Assembly (NCBI GenBank): GCA_012295275.1
Contig: CM022673.1
Coordinates: 26,722,001 to 26,786,000 of the forward strand
Reading direction: 5' to 3'
Source: Chrysomallon squamiferum
Lineage: Eukaryota; Animalia; Mollusca
Length of the DNA: 64,000 nt
A program made the position numbers and the translations under genes. Numbering within the stretch: position 1 is the stretch's first letter; every line of letters starts with the position of its first letter. Shown piece after piece: positions 38,631 to 51,790 of this stretch. The notes under the pieces were generated by a model. That model saw only the letters and a list, made by a program, of their open reading frames with translations, made no database searches and was not told where the DNA came from.

Positions 38631-40175
38631 ATTTTTTTAAATTATTTTTCATGGTATTTTAAAACGATTTGAAAGTATTAAATATGTACTGATATACCTG
38701 TGTTAAAGGGCCTTACAATCACAAAATTGTTGCTTAGACAGTTATTGATTTGTGTTTAAAAGATTCCTTGAAGATTTATTGTAGTTTAATGGAAGGCACT
38801 TCTGAGTGTATTTGCCAGAGATGTGGAAAAATTCTCTACTAGAAGAAAGGAAAAATTAAAAAAAAGAAACACTTTAAAACAATAAATTAAAAATAAGCAT
38901 TACATAAAAAAAACAAAAATAAGCCCAAATTGTTTCAAACTTAAAATATATTTTTACTTTTCGTTTTTTTTTTCTCACAAAAATGAAAAGTTGTGTTTTT
39001 TTCTTTCTTTCTTTCTTCTTCTTCTTCTTATTATTATTGTAATCGTCATTATTTTATGAATTTCTCACATAAATTTTGTATATTTCATTTGAGTAACTTG
39101 ATACGATAAACCAACAAACTAGCTCACAGAAAACACCAGTTGTTTCACTTGTTCTGTTCTCATTGGCTTCATTTTCCTAATCATTTTGAAAAACAGCATT
39201 ATTATTGATAACAAACACATCAGTTTTATCATAATAATTCTGAACCATGTAAATACATGTCTGGGTTCTCAGCTATTACCTGAAACAGATTCAGAAAAGT
39301 CCAAATGCCTACAGAATTTTTATTTGCAAAAATCACACACACACACACACACACCATATAATGGCTGATGAAACTGATTTTTGTTTCTCTTGAACTTTTT
39401 ACTACCTTTCTATGTAAATATATACACCATTTTGTTTGTTTCTAATTAATTATTAAAACATATTTTATTATCTAACTACAGATAATTATTTTCCATGTAT
39501 ACCTGCTGAACATTAATAATAGTAAAGTTTACAGCAGTGAACTGATAAATATTTTATAATTTATAGCTGATTAATTCAATTTAAATTTAATCCAAACCAC
39601 GTATTAAGTAAGTAATAATTATTATTATTATTATTATATTTTGAAATAAATGATATGTATAACATTTATTATATAATAAGTAGATTTTATATAATACACA
39701 TTAAGTTTTGAATTTTCCAATATATCTTCTTAAAATATCTTTTTCATTTATATTTCACTTAAGAATCTGTTTATTTATTTTATTTATTTTTAGTACAACA
39801 TATGTATTATCAATTATATTTTATTATTTTTCCAGTCACTAATACTTCATGTTTTCTATTTTTTTTATTTTAATTTATTTTTTTTAAATTATTATTATTT
39901 CCTGAATTCAGAATATAATATTTTTATGTACATGACTCAGATGAACATTATAAGCATACATTTTATGTACATTATTAATAATTAAGTTTTAGACAATACT
40001 GTAAACTGTTTCATTTTAGATAAATAAAAACACTGAAGTAAGATGAAGGCTGATTTAGTTTTGCACAAGATTAAAAGTTTTCAAATAATTATAAATAACA
40101 AAAAAATAAAAAAGATTCTGTTTTAGTCATAACATTTATTATAAATAAATTTATTTGGAAAAAAAAAAAAAATAA

Positions 40176-40242
<67 letters not shown>

Positions 40243-41799
40243 TAAATAAATAAGTAAAAATAAATAAAAATCTACTAATAGTATTAACAGTTAATAACAA
40301 GGAAATATAATCCTGCAAACCTATTATTATTATTATTATTATTATTATTATCTTCATCATCGTATTATTATATATAAATTGTTGTTATAAATAAATTGTC
40401 CCTTGACCAGTGACTTTGCAAAAATTGTGAAGTGTCATTTAATAAAATTTACATTTTCAAGTAAATTGCTTCTGCTTTAATATTGTGAAGTTCTCAAAGA
40501 ATATTCTGAGAATTACTGCTTTGGTGCTTCTGTGGAACAAAGCTTTTTGCACAAAGGTCTGCTACATTCAGTGGTTTATTGATGGCAAATGACATAAATA
40601 ATGAAATAAAGACAGTGTCCTCATAAATATTTAATCTCCCAGTTCTTTTAATTCATATACAAGTTTATTTCAAGTCGATCTTTGAGGCCTTTCATTGCAG
40701 TTGTTTATTTGACAGCATTGTTTTTATTTTAAGCTTCGACCTGAAATGACAAGTATAAATAATGTAAAATAAATAATGTAGAGTAAATTATTGTAGTCAG
40801 AAACAAAAATTTTACTATTTATTGTGATGTTTTTTTGTGTAAATAATGAAAGTACCTTTATTCATTTCCAGTTAACTTTATATTGTTACCATGTTGATAT
40901 AATTTGTCACCAACAAAATAGCAAATTTTATTTATCTAACTTTTGTTTTTCAAATTTATTTGACAGTCTTAGCAACAAAATGAAATTGGTTTTATTAACT
41001 ATAAATTAGCATTTATGTAATAATATAATAATAACAACAACAGTAGCAAAATATTCCATATTTTAAACTAATAATTTAAATTAATTAGTGGAGATAAATT
41101 TTCAAATGGTAAGATTTTATATTTTAATAATTATTATTCATATCCCCGACCTTAAAACTTAAAAAATAAAAAAAAAAAATAAAATAAAATAAAATAAAAT
41201 AAAATAAATACATATAATACTGTCATGCATGGCATACAAAGTCTGTTTCTAGCTAGCTATAATTATGACTTTAGAATATTAATAGATATATCCATTTCTC
41301 AGAATTCATATATTCAGATCTTTTTTTTGTCATATTTGCATTTGTGATAGCAATTATTTTTCACTCCATTCATCATTAAATTGTTGCACGTAAATTTTTA
41401 TATTTTATAAAATAAAGAGCATTATATCAGCTTGTCAGATTTGCTTTATTGATCTTTATTATATTGTTGGGTGCATGTTTAAACCCAATCAATCAATGAT
41501 GACAAAGTCTTAATATGGAATACAGTTAATCCCCAGGCAAATCATAATGCATGCATAATTATTGAAAAAAACATCTAAATATCAATAACACTGCAGATCA
41601 GAGTCCTTATCGCATTATATAAACTAACATTTAGATTGAAGTCATTTTGTTGCAGCATTATAATCATCACCATATTTGTCATCATCATTAATGTTGTTGT
41701 TGTTGTTGTTGTTGTTGTTGTCGTTAATCTTTATAATTTATAGTACTGTTGTTATTACTCTTTATAATTTATGTTGCTGTTGTTATAGAAACATACTTT

Positions 41800-42052
41800 G
41801 GGAATAGCTTGTAGCTTACTGGTTTGATCACTTTTATAAAAAAATTAAAATAAGTCACAGGTTCTTTTCTCCTTGGTGGACTTGTTGGGTTATTACCCAT
41901 TCCAACAGTGGCTCCATATTTTAACACAGATGTCATGTAATTTTCTGTTATTTAGCAGTGGCAGTAGAACATTTTCTTTCCAATCATAATCATATTCTTT
42001 TTAAATTTAGGGTGCCATTTAAAACTCCTAATATTACATTATTCATTGATTC
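41800..42052 (+). mobile_element. Decayed tRNA-derived SINE (copy A)
   Basis: A-box-like TAGCTTACTGG and B-box-like GGTTC..CTCC. The body CTTGTTGGGTTATTACCCATTCCAAC matches the reverse complement of copy C (CTTCTTGGGTGATTTCCATTCCAAC). TTCATTGATTC-type tail. Confidence 0.55.
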
Positions 42053-43870
42053 GGAGCATAAATAAATTTATATTGTAATAGGGTATGTATATTTTTATGG
42101 AAATATCAATAGCTTATATTGTTACCAGGCTAAAGGTAACTAAGAACGACTGATTAAATATGTTATTAATAAAACTTTGGATGTAAATAATTCCTGTATA
42201 ATTATTATTTTGTGTTATGCATATGTTACAATGTTACACAGACCTTACAATACACTTTATTTTCTATACATTTTTTATTATATACATGTATATTTTATAT
42301 ACTGTATTATTTATATACATGTATATTTATATATTATTATGTATGTACATTTGACGTCTGCTGTTTCTGTCATTCACAAACGATCAGCTCAGTGGAGCAT
42401 GGATGCTGTACAATGACAGTGTGATAATGCGGTGTTCTGACTAGCTGACCAGTCGTGTTGTACAGAGTTCCAGTCTGATGCCATTGTTTCCTTTCTAAGT
42501 AACTTAGACAAGACAAGTGCTGCTTTATTGACCCGGCATCTTCACAGCCTTTCTTTATTGTCATCAGTTCTACGAGTTCTGTGTCGCGTGAAATTTGAAT
42601 AATTGTGACAATGTAATTTTGACCATTTCTGTCAGCATCAGGATTTTTCTAGAATGTTACTTTACAGAAAAAAAAAATCAACAACATAAAAACATCAACA
42701 AAAAACAAAAGAAAAAAAGCATGTATTTTTTTTTTCTTTTGTTGTTTTGATGCTAAGATACGTTTTCTGCTTGACTGGTTTATGAGATATTTTTAATTAA
42801 GGTGTTTTGCAGCTATAAGTTGTGATCTGATGTGTGTGTGTGTGTGTGTGTGTCCATAAACACATTAGCCAAATGTATACCAAAATTCATATACACACAG
42901 ACACACATATAATCATGAATATTCTATTGTAAGAGCTTCGACTCTTTGTTGTCATCATATTGTAGCTAATCAATGTATGAATGTCTTTTCAGATATATGA
43001 TGCAATACCACTTCAGATATTTTAAAACATCTACATTAGTATTTTTTAATTTTAAACATCTGTTGCCCTTTTGCCAAACTGAAGCAGAACCGAATTTTGA
43101 TTTTAAAAATCTTGGTTGATTCCCTCAGTGTTATGATTTATCCACTGACTTGTTCTTTTATATAGATTATTCTTTTGTCTGTTATAATTGTTTTTTTTCT
43201 GTGGGTGTTTTGTTTCAAAATTGATTCATGCTAAACTCTGTAAATCTGATTCTAATTACTGTGGTTGTTGCTGTTATTATAGTTTTAAACAAACAGTCTG
43301 AAGGGATCATGTTAATGAAAGGCACCTAAATTCTTGCAGATTTGTCAGTGGATTTAAGCATTAGAAGAATCTTTACACAGAATAACAATAATAATAACAT
43401 TCTGTCAGACTAGTATAAAGAAAATACTGAGATGTACAGAAGCATGTGCAAGTATGTGCCTTGGGTATAACATGTTGATTAAATGAGAACTGATAAACAC
43501 AAGTTATGAATCTAGCTTTATTGGTGGAATTAAGTACCAGAAGAAGAGCTTTATGTAGAATAAATGATGACAATGAAGTATTAATTATTGTGTCAGCTGA
43601 TGTGATAATAATTGTCTACACTTGATGTAATACCAGGTTACCAAGTGTAAAATTTCCAGTTGATCTTGTTCATTTTCTTACCTTATGCACTGTTTAATCC
43701 ACGGTTATCAAATAAACATTATAAAGATTTGGTTCTTTCTGAAAATAAAATAATTTAAAGTTTTCAGAATTGACAGCTTCTGATATATTAAAGTGATGGA
43801 ATTATTAATAATAATTTTGTGATGATGATTTCCCAGTGACCTGTCATACTTCAACCATATGCTAACCCAG

Positions 43871-43965
<95 letters not shown>

Positions 43966-45628
43966 TGAGAGAGAGAAGGGGGGAGGTTTCATTGCAATGA
44001 TCTAATGATTTTATTACATATATTGTATTAACTTCATCAGAAACAATGGTTATTCTACTGCAATGATTCAAAGTCATATTCATGATCCGTTAATAACTGC
44101 ATAATGATTCTTTTTTTTTTTTCCTCATTATTCATGCACAAGTGAAAGTAGATGTTTCTAGAACAATCAGACGTGATCAGTTTTTTATTAAATGTCTTGC
44201 ATCTGAATCTGCCCAACACTTAAGTTGTATATTATGGATCAGAGTAAGAATTATTAGTGCATGCTTATCGACTTAAGTCTGCAATATACATTTGTGACGA
44301 AGATTGATTTACTGTAATTGTAAAGAATGCTTCTCATTCAGCGATGCTGTTAGGTTGGAAGTATTGGCAAAATTGATTGCTGCCAGTGTTGTAGAGCGGA
44401 TATCTTTTTGGTTTTATAGTCATCTCGGGGTTTATTTTATGTGATAAACATTAAGGATGACATACAAGAATGTGACAAAGTGACCACTGAATGTTTAATT
44501 ATTTAAAGTCTCAGTGTTACTGACTGTAGTTTGACAGGGTCCTGTTTGAAATGATGGGGTGTTTTTTTTTGGTCACGTTGGCGACATTCTTGCTATTATA
44601 CCTTCGTGTTTGTTTTTGTCCACCTCATTCGTATAACAACACATTTACTTTTTGTTAGATGATGGGTATCTAGCTCTCTGCAGTAGTATGTCAATATAAA
44701 ACCTCTTTATCTGAAATAGCATCAACCAGTAGGGAATAAGCAATTAAGTGCCACTTTTTTTTCCTTTACTTTTTGAATATTATGATGTGAAATGATTTTT
44801 TAAAAAAAAATTTAAAAAAAGTTTTTGAATGTCTTCTATTTGTTATACAGTTTCAAAAGATTTACTGTATCCTTAAATAATGGAACAAAATGTTTGGTTA
44901 AACAAATATATATTTTATTTTCAGTTTCCTATTTCTTTTTCATTATTATTGATATTTTTATTATTTGTCTTACATTAAATCAATAAAGAATAGATAATCA
45001 AAATTATGATGTAGATAAATATTGAACGACAATTCCAAAGCGAATTAAATTTAATAACCACGTACATCAAAAGTGTTTTTTTCATCATAGCATTTAGCAT
45101 GTTTCTTGTTAAATAATGCATTTATTATTACTATTATTATTATTTTTAAATTTTTTAATATTAATTTTTAAAATATTTTTTATCATTCAACATATTCTAC
45201 AAGATGATGAAATACTATACTAAATGTGTACATATTTGAAACATCTTAATGCATTCTGCCCATTTTTTTTTATAGATCTTTCTTTTCTTCTGAACAAAAT
45301 AACAGATAAATACTCCCATCTATAGCAGTCACTTCATGCAATTAAACCCAATAAATACAGATCTTTTCCCATGCTGGTACCATATGGGACTGTTGCTTGC
45401 CAAACAGTGGGAAGTATGTAAAAGGCTTCCCCTATGCCATCAGTGTAAAAACATCCCCAGAGAGATTGCTGGAGTCAAATTTTGTAACTCCAAGTCACAG
45501 AGTGCAAATGTGTATAAAGTACAAGATGTACGAATTTTATGTTCATCTAACTTTGCAGAACAGCTGATAAACTTTTGTGCTCAAATGATATAAAATTTTC
45601 ATTTATTTATTCATTCATTCATATAAAA

Positions 45629-45677
<49 letters not shown>

Positions 45678-46464
45678 TGTGTATATGTGTGTGTGTGGGT
45701 GTGTGGGTGTGTATGTGGGTGTCTGTCTGTCTCTCTCTCTCTCTAAACCTCCCTCTCTCTCCTTCCCTCCTTATCTCTCTTTGTCTCTCTCTCTCTCTCC
45801 ATGCACACACACACTTATATATATATAATTTTTTTTATTTATAACAATACATATATCTGTAAAAAAAAAAAAAAAAAAAACAATTCACGGGTGACGCTCA
45901 GATAAGTAAGTTGTTATTCAGGCTAATACAGTTGATTTGTTTTTCTGCAGCCGATCTTAAATAAATAATGATCACACACTTGGGATCACCTAATTCCACA
46001 GATCTTGCTTTAGATACACCACTGACTCTGTAGAGTTAGTGTGTGTGTGTGGACCTTGACTGTGAATATCATCGAAGCTTTGTTTTACATCACTCGACAT
46101 TTTCATTAACACACGTGAACATTTTACATGTTGGTGAACTTTCTGTCGAAGCTGACTGTGTTCACTGTCACTGGGTTGTTGTCCTGTTAAAACATTGTCT
46201 TTGCTGCCAGATGAGTGCAGTTCACCTGCTACTAGTACACAAGACCAGACAATGGTTGTGGCTCAGTTTAGATAAAATGCCTTCGTGTGAGATAATATTA
46301 AATGTCCTTGTGTCTTCACGTTCTGTATCTTCCAAAGATGTAATTACTCTTTTTAGTCGTTTTGATTTTTTTTAAAGTTTAATGTTTGTTTAATTTTTCA
46401 TAAAATGTATTAATAAATACCAGTAGACCTAAATATTAAACAAAAGATACTAATGAAGGTTACC

Positions 46465-46508
<44 letters not shown>

Positions 46509-47084
46509 TGTGTTTGTGTGTGTGTGTGTGTATGTTTGTATGTATGTTTGTATGTATGTGTGTATGTATATGTATGTCTGTGTATGTATGTATATATATA
46601 TATATATCTGCATGTGTATGTAAAACTTTATATATAATGTAACTGTTACCAGCTACAGTTAAAATGAACATCAATAATTGAAATATCTGTTTATTGTAAC
46701 TAACATAGGCAGCAAACTTCTGCTGAAGTCAACCACTCACTCTCTAGGTATATATTAATGAGTATCATTTTTCTGTGTCATTTGACCTACAACAGACAAT
46801 ACACAAAGTCACTTGATACCAGTTCCTCTTGTTTCCTTTTAAGTTATTTATCTTTCAGCATTAAAATTTGAGCAGACAATTAATTGTCACTATAAAAAGT
46901 CATGTTCCAAGTCAGCCATTTTGTTCTGTATCTCTGAAATTGTATCTCAGACATTTGAAACTTAAATAGCTAAGGATTTTATATTCACTTTGGGAAAATG
47001 GATTTTTCAATATCATTCAGTTGCTCTGACTTTGGATTTTCTTGGCTGACATCACAAATTACATGCCAGCATTTTTCACATTTC

Positions 47085-47258
47085 TTGTTAAATAATGTAT
47101 TTTTGTTCATCAGAATTTTATACTGAAAGAAAAATGATACACTGAAATAAATCAAGATACTATTTTTTTTTTTTTTTTTTTTGTTAAATAAGGTATTTTG
47201 GTTCATCTGAATTTTATACTGAAAGAAAAATGCTGCATTGAAATGAATCAAGACACAC
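47085..47258. repeat. Tandem duplication of ~77 bp (period 96) separated by poly-T
   Basis: TTGTTAAATAA.GTATTTT.GTTCATC.GAATTTTATACTGAAAGAAAAATG... at 47085 and 47181. Confidence 0.9.
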
Positions 47259-49349
47259 TTAACAAACAAATTATTGGAGATTTATCTCAAGCTGTTACTG
47301 TTCAGTAAGATAATCCTCTAAGTGATACAGTTGTTGAGAGTTTAAAGAGAAAACGGCTTTCTCTGAATAATCTTTGCAATAAGTCACTGCTGGTCCTCAT
47401 TGACTGAATATAGAGTATACTCAGTATTGAAATTCATTTTATTTTAAAGAAAACTGAAACAGCAGAATAATTATGATTTATAAAATATTTTGGAACCTGC
47501 AGTTTATGTAGACTTTCCCTCATGTTCTGAAATACACTTAATTCCAAAAGTGTGACTTACAGATATTTGAAAGGTTCCTTCTGACATAGTATTTTATTGA
47601 GGTTTCGGTGAGTTAAGATAACAACACAGTCATGTGAAATATAAAAAAATAAAAAATAAAATATTATTAAATTTTATTTAAGATATATATTTTGTGATCA
47701 CCACTTAAAATTGTTATGTGAAATTACTTAGCTTTAATTTAAACTATTTTTAGACAAAGAATTTTTGTGTTATAGTTATTTTTATTTGAATCTTCTTCTC
47801 CTTTATTTTCTTTTTTCTTTTTTTCTTGATATCAGTAAATTAAAAGTTCATGTTGCTTTCATTCAGTAATACTGTTTACTTGTTAGCATTTTTTGGTTTT
47901 CCCACCACAAACAAATTTCCTTCTTTTGTTAAATTTCTTTAACATTAAAATAACTTTTTTAGACTCATTGAAATATTTTTGGAACTTTATTGGAAAATTT
48001 CATGCTAAAAACAAAGACGGTTAAAAAGGTTATGTAAATACCCAGCTGAGTTTAAAAAGCTGCTGAGATGATTTAAAAGAGTTGATCAGCAGACCACGTG
48101 AAGCAAATTGGCTTGCTGATGTAAGTTTGATTTCAGACGTGAAGTGTTGCTTGCAAACTGCTGTTGTCTAACGCAATGACAGGCTGTGGCACCTAGAGGC
48201 GCTCAAGGAGAAGCTTGAGGAATTGATCCATTCTGGCTTAGTGTAATCTGCTTACAGATTTAGCAGAGTTCTGATGATGATGATGATGATGATGCCGACA
48301 ATGTCGATGATGACATTTTGAAAGTGTCAGATAAAGCTACACAAAACTGCTTGTCTCTATGAATATGCTGAATTAATCATGGAATTAAATCAGATTCACC
48401 TGACAACAGACTATTGATGATACATCCAGAAGAATGACACTGTAGAAAATTGTGCAGGATGATATGTAAAAGTAATAGCAAACATTTCAGTTCCAGTCTG
48501 TGCCAGGATCTGACATACTTCAGTGATTATATTGGCTGCTTTGATGACTTTTTTTTTTTTATTTCTTTTCTTCTTCTTTTAGCTTTTTTTCATTTCTTTT
48601 CTTCTTCTTTTAGCTTTTTTTCATTTCTTTTATAGATGTTACAGAAGCAGTATATATATTTTTTTTTATCACATGACCATTTCTTCTTCCAACACTATCA
48701 TTATAAACAAATTTGCTTCATAAAGTTTTCTTACAAGGGGAAAGCATCTAAGAGAATTTGAAAGGAATTGATTATCAGTTGTAATAATTCGCTTCAGCAA
48801 TAGCAATCCCTTCCTCCAATGAAATAATTTTTTGTAACAGCAGGTTTCTACTTTGTTATACATACACTCTCTCCAAGACCATTTTTGTGTAAGCATTCAC
48901 ATTTGCACATACCTGATGTAACTAATATTGATTAAAATCTTGTGTGCATGTTCATGTTTGTGTGTATATTGTACTGGAACACTAATAATCAGAATAAAAA
49001 TAAGCCGTTATTGCAAAAAATCAATCATACCTTTAGGTACAATTCTACCTGCAGCAGACTTCTGTTTTGTCCTCCATACCATATTGATTAATTTCTAAGA
49101 CTGTTGTAACGAGAAACTGGAGAGAGAGAGAGAGAGAGAAAAAAAAATCTTTGTAAACAAAAACCGCCTTTGCAGCAAACAATATAAAGAGTAATCTCAA
49201 ACTAAAACACACAACTCTTCATAGCTTAATACAACTGTTCAATATATGATGTGAGAGTTTGAACTCTGGGATCATGTTCATTTAAAAAAAATCTGCAGTT
49301 TTAAATATACATCAATAATAATAATAATAATAATATTATCATCAATAAT

Positions 49350-49535
49350 GTTAAAGGAAGAGGCATTTTATTTAATGAAATACAGTATTTAATCTACTGC
49401 AATTTTGTTTTGTTTTTTGTTTTTTCTTATTAGCAGATTTTTAGTTTATTGTGCACCTTCCCTGAGGCAGGAAAACACTTACCACAGCCTTTGATAAACC
49501 TCATATTCGGCCTTTGCAGGAATGGGAAATAATAT
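49350..49535 (-). mobile_element. Decayed SINE (copy B)
   Basis: ATTAGCA..TTTAT..CCTTCCC..AG.CAGGAA..TACCA..TTTGATA..GGAATGG.AAAT is collinear with copy C. Confidence 0.55.
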
Positions 49536-51597
49536 GATTTAATGAACTACCTGTTGAAAATAATTTCACAAGGATGGTTGAATAGTAGGTTAATCACAAA
49601 TATATTTTATTCTGGGATTTGCTGATTCTGTTGAGATTTCTGAAGATAAGACATAAGAAAGCAGTAATAAAACAAATTTAGTTGGAATGTTAGTTTACAG
49701 TCAGTCACCATAAACAGGGGTTTCATTTTATCCATCAAATGTTCGGTCATTCTAGAATACTCCAAACCCTCATGGTGCCATTAACTTGTGAAACCTGATT
49801 AATTTCCAATATGGCTGTAAAAGTAGCTTATTGAAGTTTGATTTGTAATCTCTTTGTTTTGCCATGAGGTTTTTTTAGCAATACCCTTAATGGTGATAGT
49901 GGTGATGAAATAACATCTCTGTTAGCAGAAATGATTAGTTTGAGTTAATGAGTGTAGTTTGAATTTACTGTATCATACAAAAATCTGATTCTTCAAACAG
50001 TCCTTTTTTAAATAAAATGAATTTAGTATGTCTGGAAAACCTTTTCAAAAGGAAAAGAAAAATATGGAACGATTTTTAATTTTAATTTTAATAAATAAAT
50101 TCAAAATATCATTTTTAATCATTGTTATGCCTGTCATTGGTTTTTGAGGGAAATTCTCCACACCATTACTGACTGCAAAAAAGTTAATTTCTGTTAGATT
50201 TTTGTTTTATTTAAAAGAATAAATATGGAAAAACTAACAAAACTGAAGAATGTGCACACACACACATACACACATTCACATGCATGCACACACATATAAC
50301 ACACATATACATATAGAAAAAGAAAAAGGATAACTTGCTTTTAATAGTGTGCCAGGCAGTTATGATTTATAAGGAATTGGGTAAAAGTTATAATTAGTTT
50401 ACCTTTTGCAAACCATGTATTTCATACCTAAGTTTTTTCAGTTGTACCTGGTAATTATATTTTGGTTGCAGTATGCCAGGAAATATTTTATTGTTGTCAG
50501 TGGACATGCTAAAGATGCTATCGAACCATTAATCATTTATAATTAAAATTAATTAGGACCCTAATATTGTAATCATTGCTGGTCTCATTATATCATGTCC
50601 AGAATACTAGAAAGTGAAAGATAAAAATTAAACATTTATTGAAACATTCCATATGAAACAAAATTCAAAATTAATTAATAACTCCAGTAAAACTGAGATT
50701 TTCATTAGAACACATATGCACAAATACTTCCCTACACACATACATACACTCTAATGCAAATGTACAAAAAGCACACACAACAAATCCATCAAAAGCACAC
50801 ACATCATCAATAACATCCAAATCACTTAACTACATCAGCGCTTTATTTCACGTACACAGTGATTCTACACAACTCTGTGAAAACTCAAAAAACGGAGGCC
50901 AGGATTTTACTTACTTGAAAGCTAATATCTCTCGTTATGATTAATTTATTTTAACTTGCTTATCTTCTTTTAAATGTTGAATATGTAATGACTGCACTTG
51001 ATGGTAGATGATAGTAATCTTATCAGAGGCCACCACAGGTCATTTATTAGCTGTACGAGGTGTTTAATTGTGTTGATGCATGCAAACTGTAGGTGTAGGT
51101 GACAAAGGAACTGAAATATTTATACAGAAATACTTCTCAGTATATGTGTTTGATTCTGGTGATAGTCTGTTTGTCTGTCTGTTGATCAACACTTTCTTTT
51201 GTGTTGTCTGCTAGTGCAAAACTCTGGGGCGAGGGATTTTGTAGGAAAAACAGCGATACAGAAGTCACAGAGAATTCCCTGAAGAGAAAGGTTGTTTTTC
51301 TGGGTAGTGTTTTGTTTCCGAAAAAAATTTGGTTGTATGAAAAGTTAATTGAGAATAATAAAGATAATGAACTTATGACCTGAAAAAAATAAAATAAAAA
51401 TAATAATAATAATGTGAAACTGCAGAATCATGTGTAAATGAAATTAAGTTTTTGTTTTAAGAATTCTCAAAATATTTTCTTAGTGTTAATGGTTATTAGA
51501 TAAAAACGTGTGTGTGTGTTTGTGTGTGTATGTGTGTGTGTGTATGTGTGAGTGAGTGTGTGGGCATGTGTGTGTGTGTGTGTGTGAGAGCGTGATT

Positions 51598-51790
51598 GTT
51601 TTGCTGACATCATTTCACTGGGTTTTTTTTCTTAGATTAGCAACAAGGACTCTTTTATAGAGTCCTTCCCACAGACAGGAAGTTTATACCAGTGTTTTGA
51701 TATCCAGTCACAGGCAACCTGTGTTGGAATGGAAATCACCCAAGAAGCACACTGGAGTAGACTGAATAGTTTACTGGGCTTCTAACTCAC
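51598..51790 (-). mobile_element. Decayed SINE (copy C)
   Basis: GATTAGCAACAAGGACTCTTTTATAG..TTCCCACAGACAGGA..TACCA..TTTGATA.CCAGTC..GTTGGAATGGAAATCACCCAA. Homologous to copies A and B, and resembles an abundant gastropod SINE core as I recall it. Confidence 0.65.

Noticed and set aside
46043-46375. 110-aa Cys/His-rich ORF
   Set aside because: Non-ATG start, no recognisable domain and no convincing splice pair. The Cys/His/Val bias is expected from TG/CA-rich, CpG-decayed DNA.
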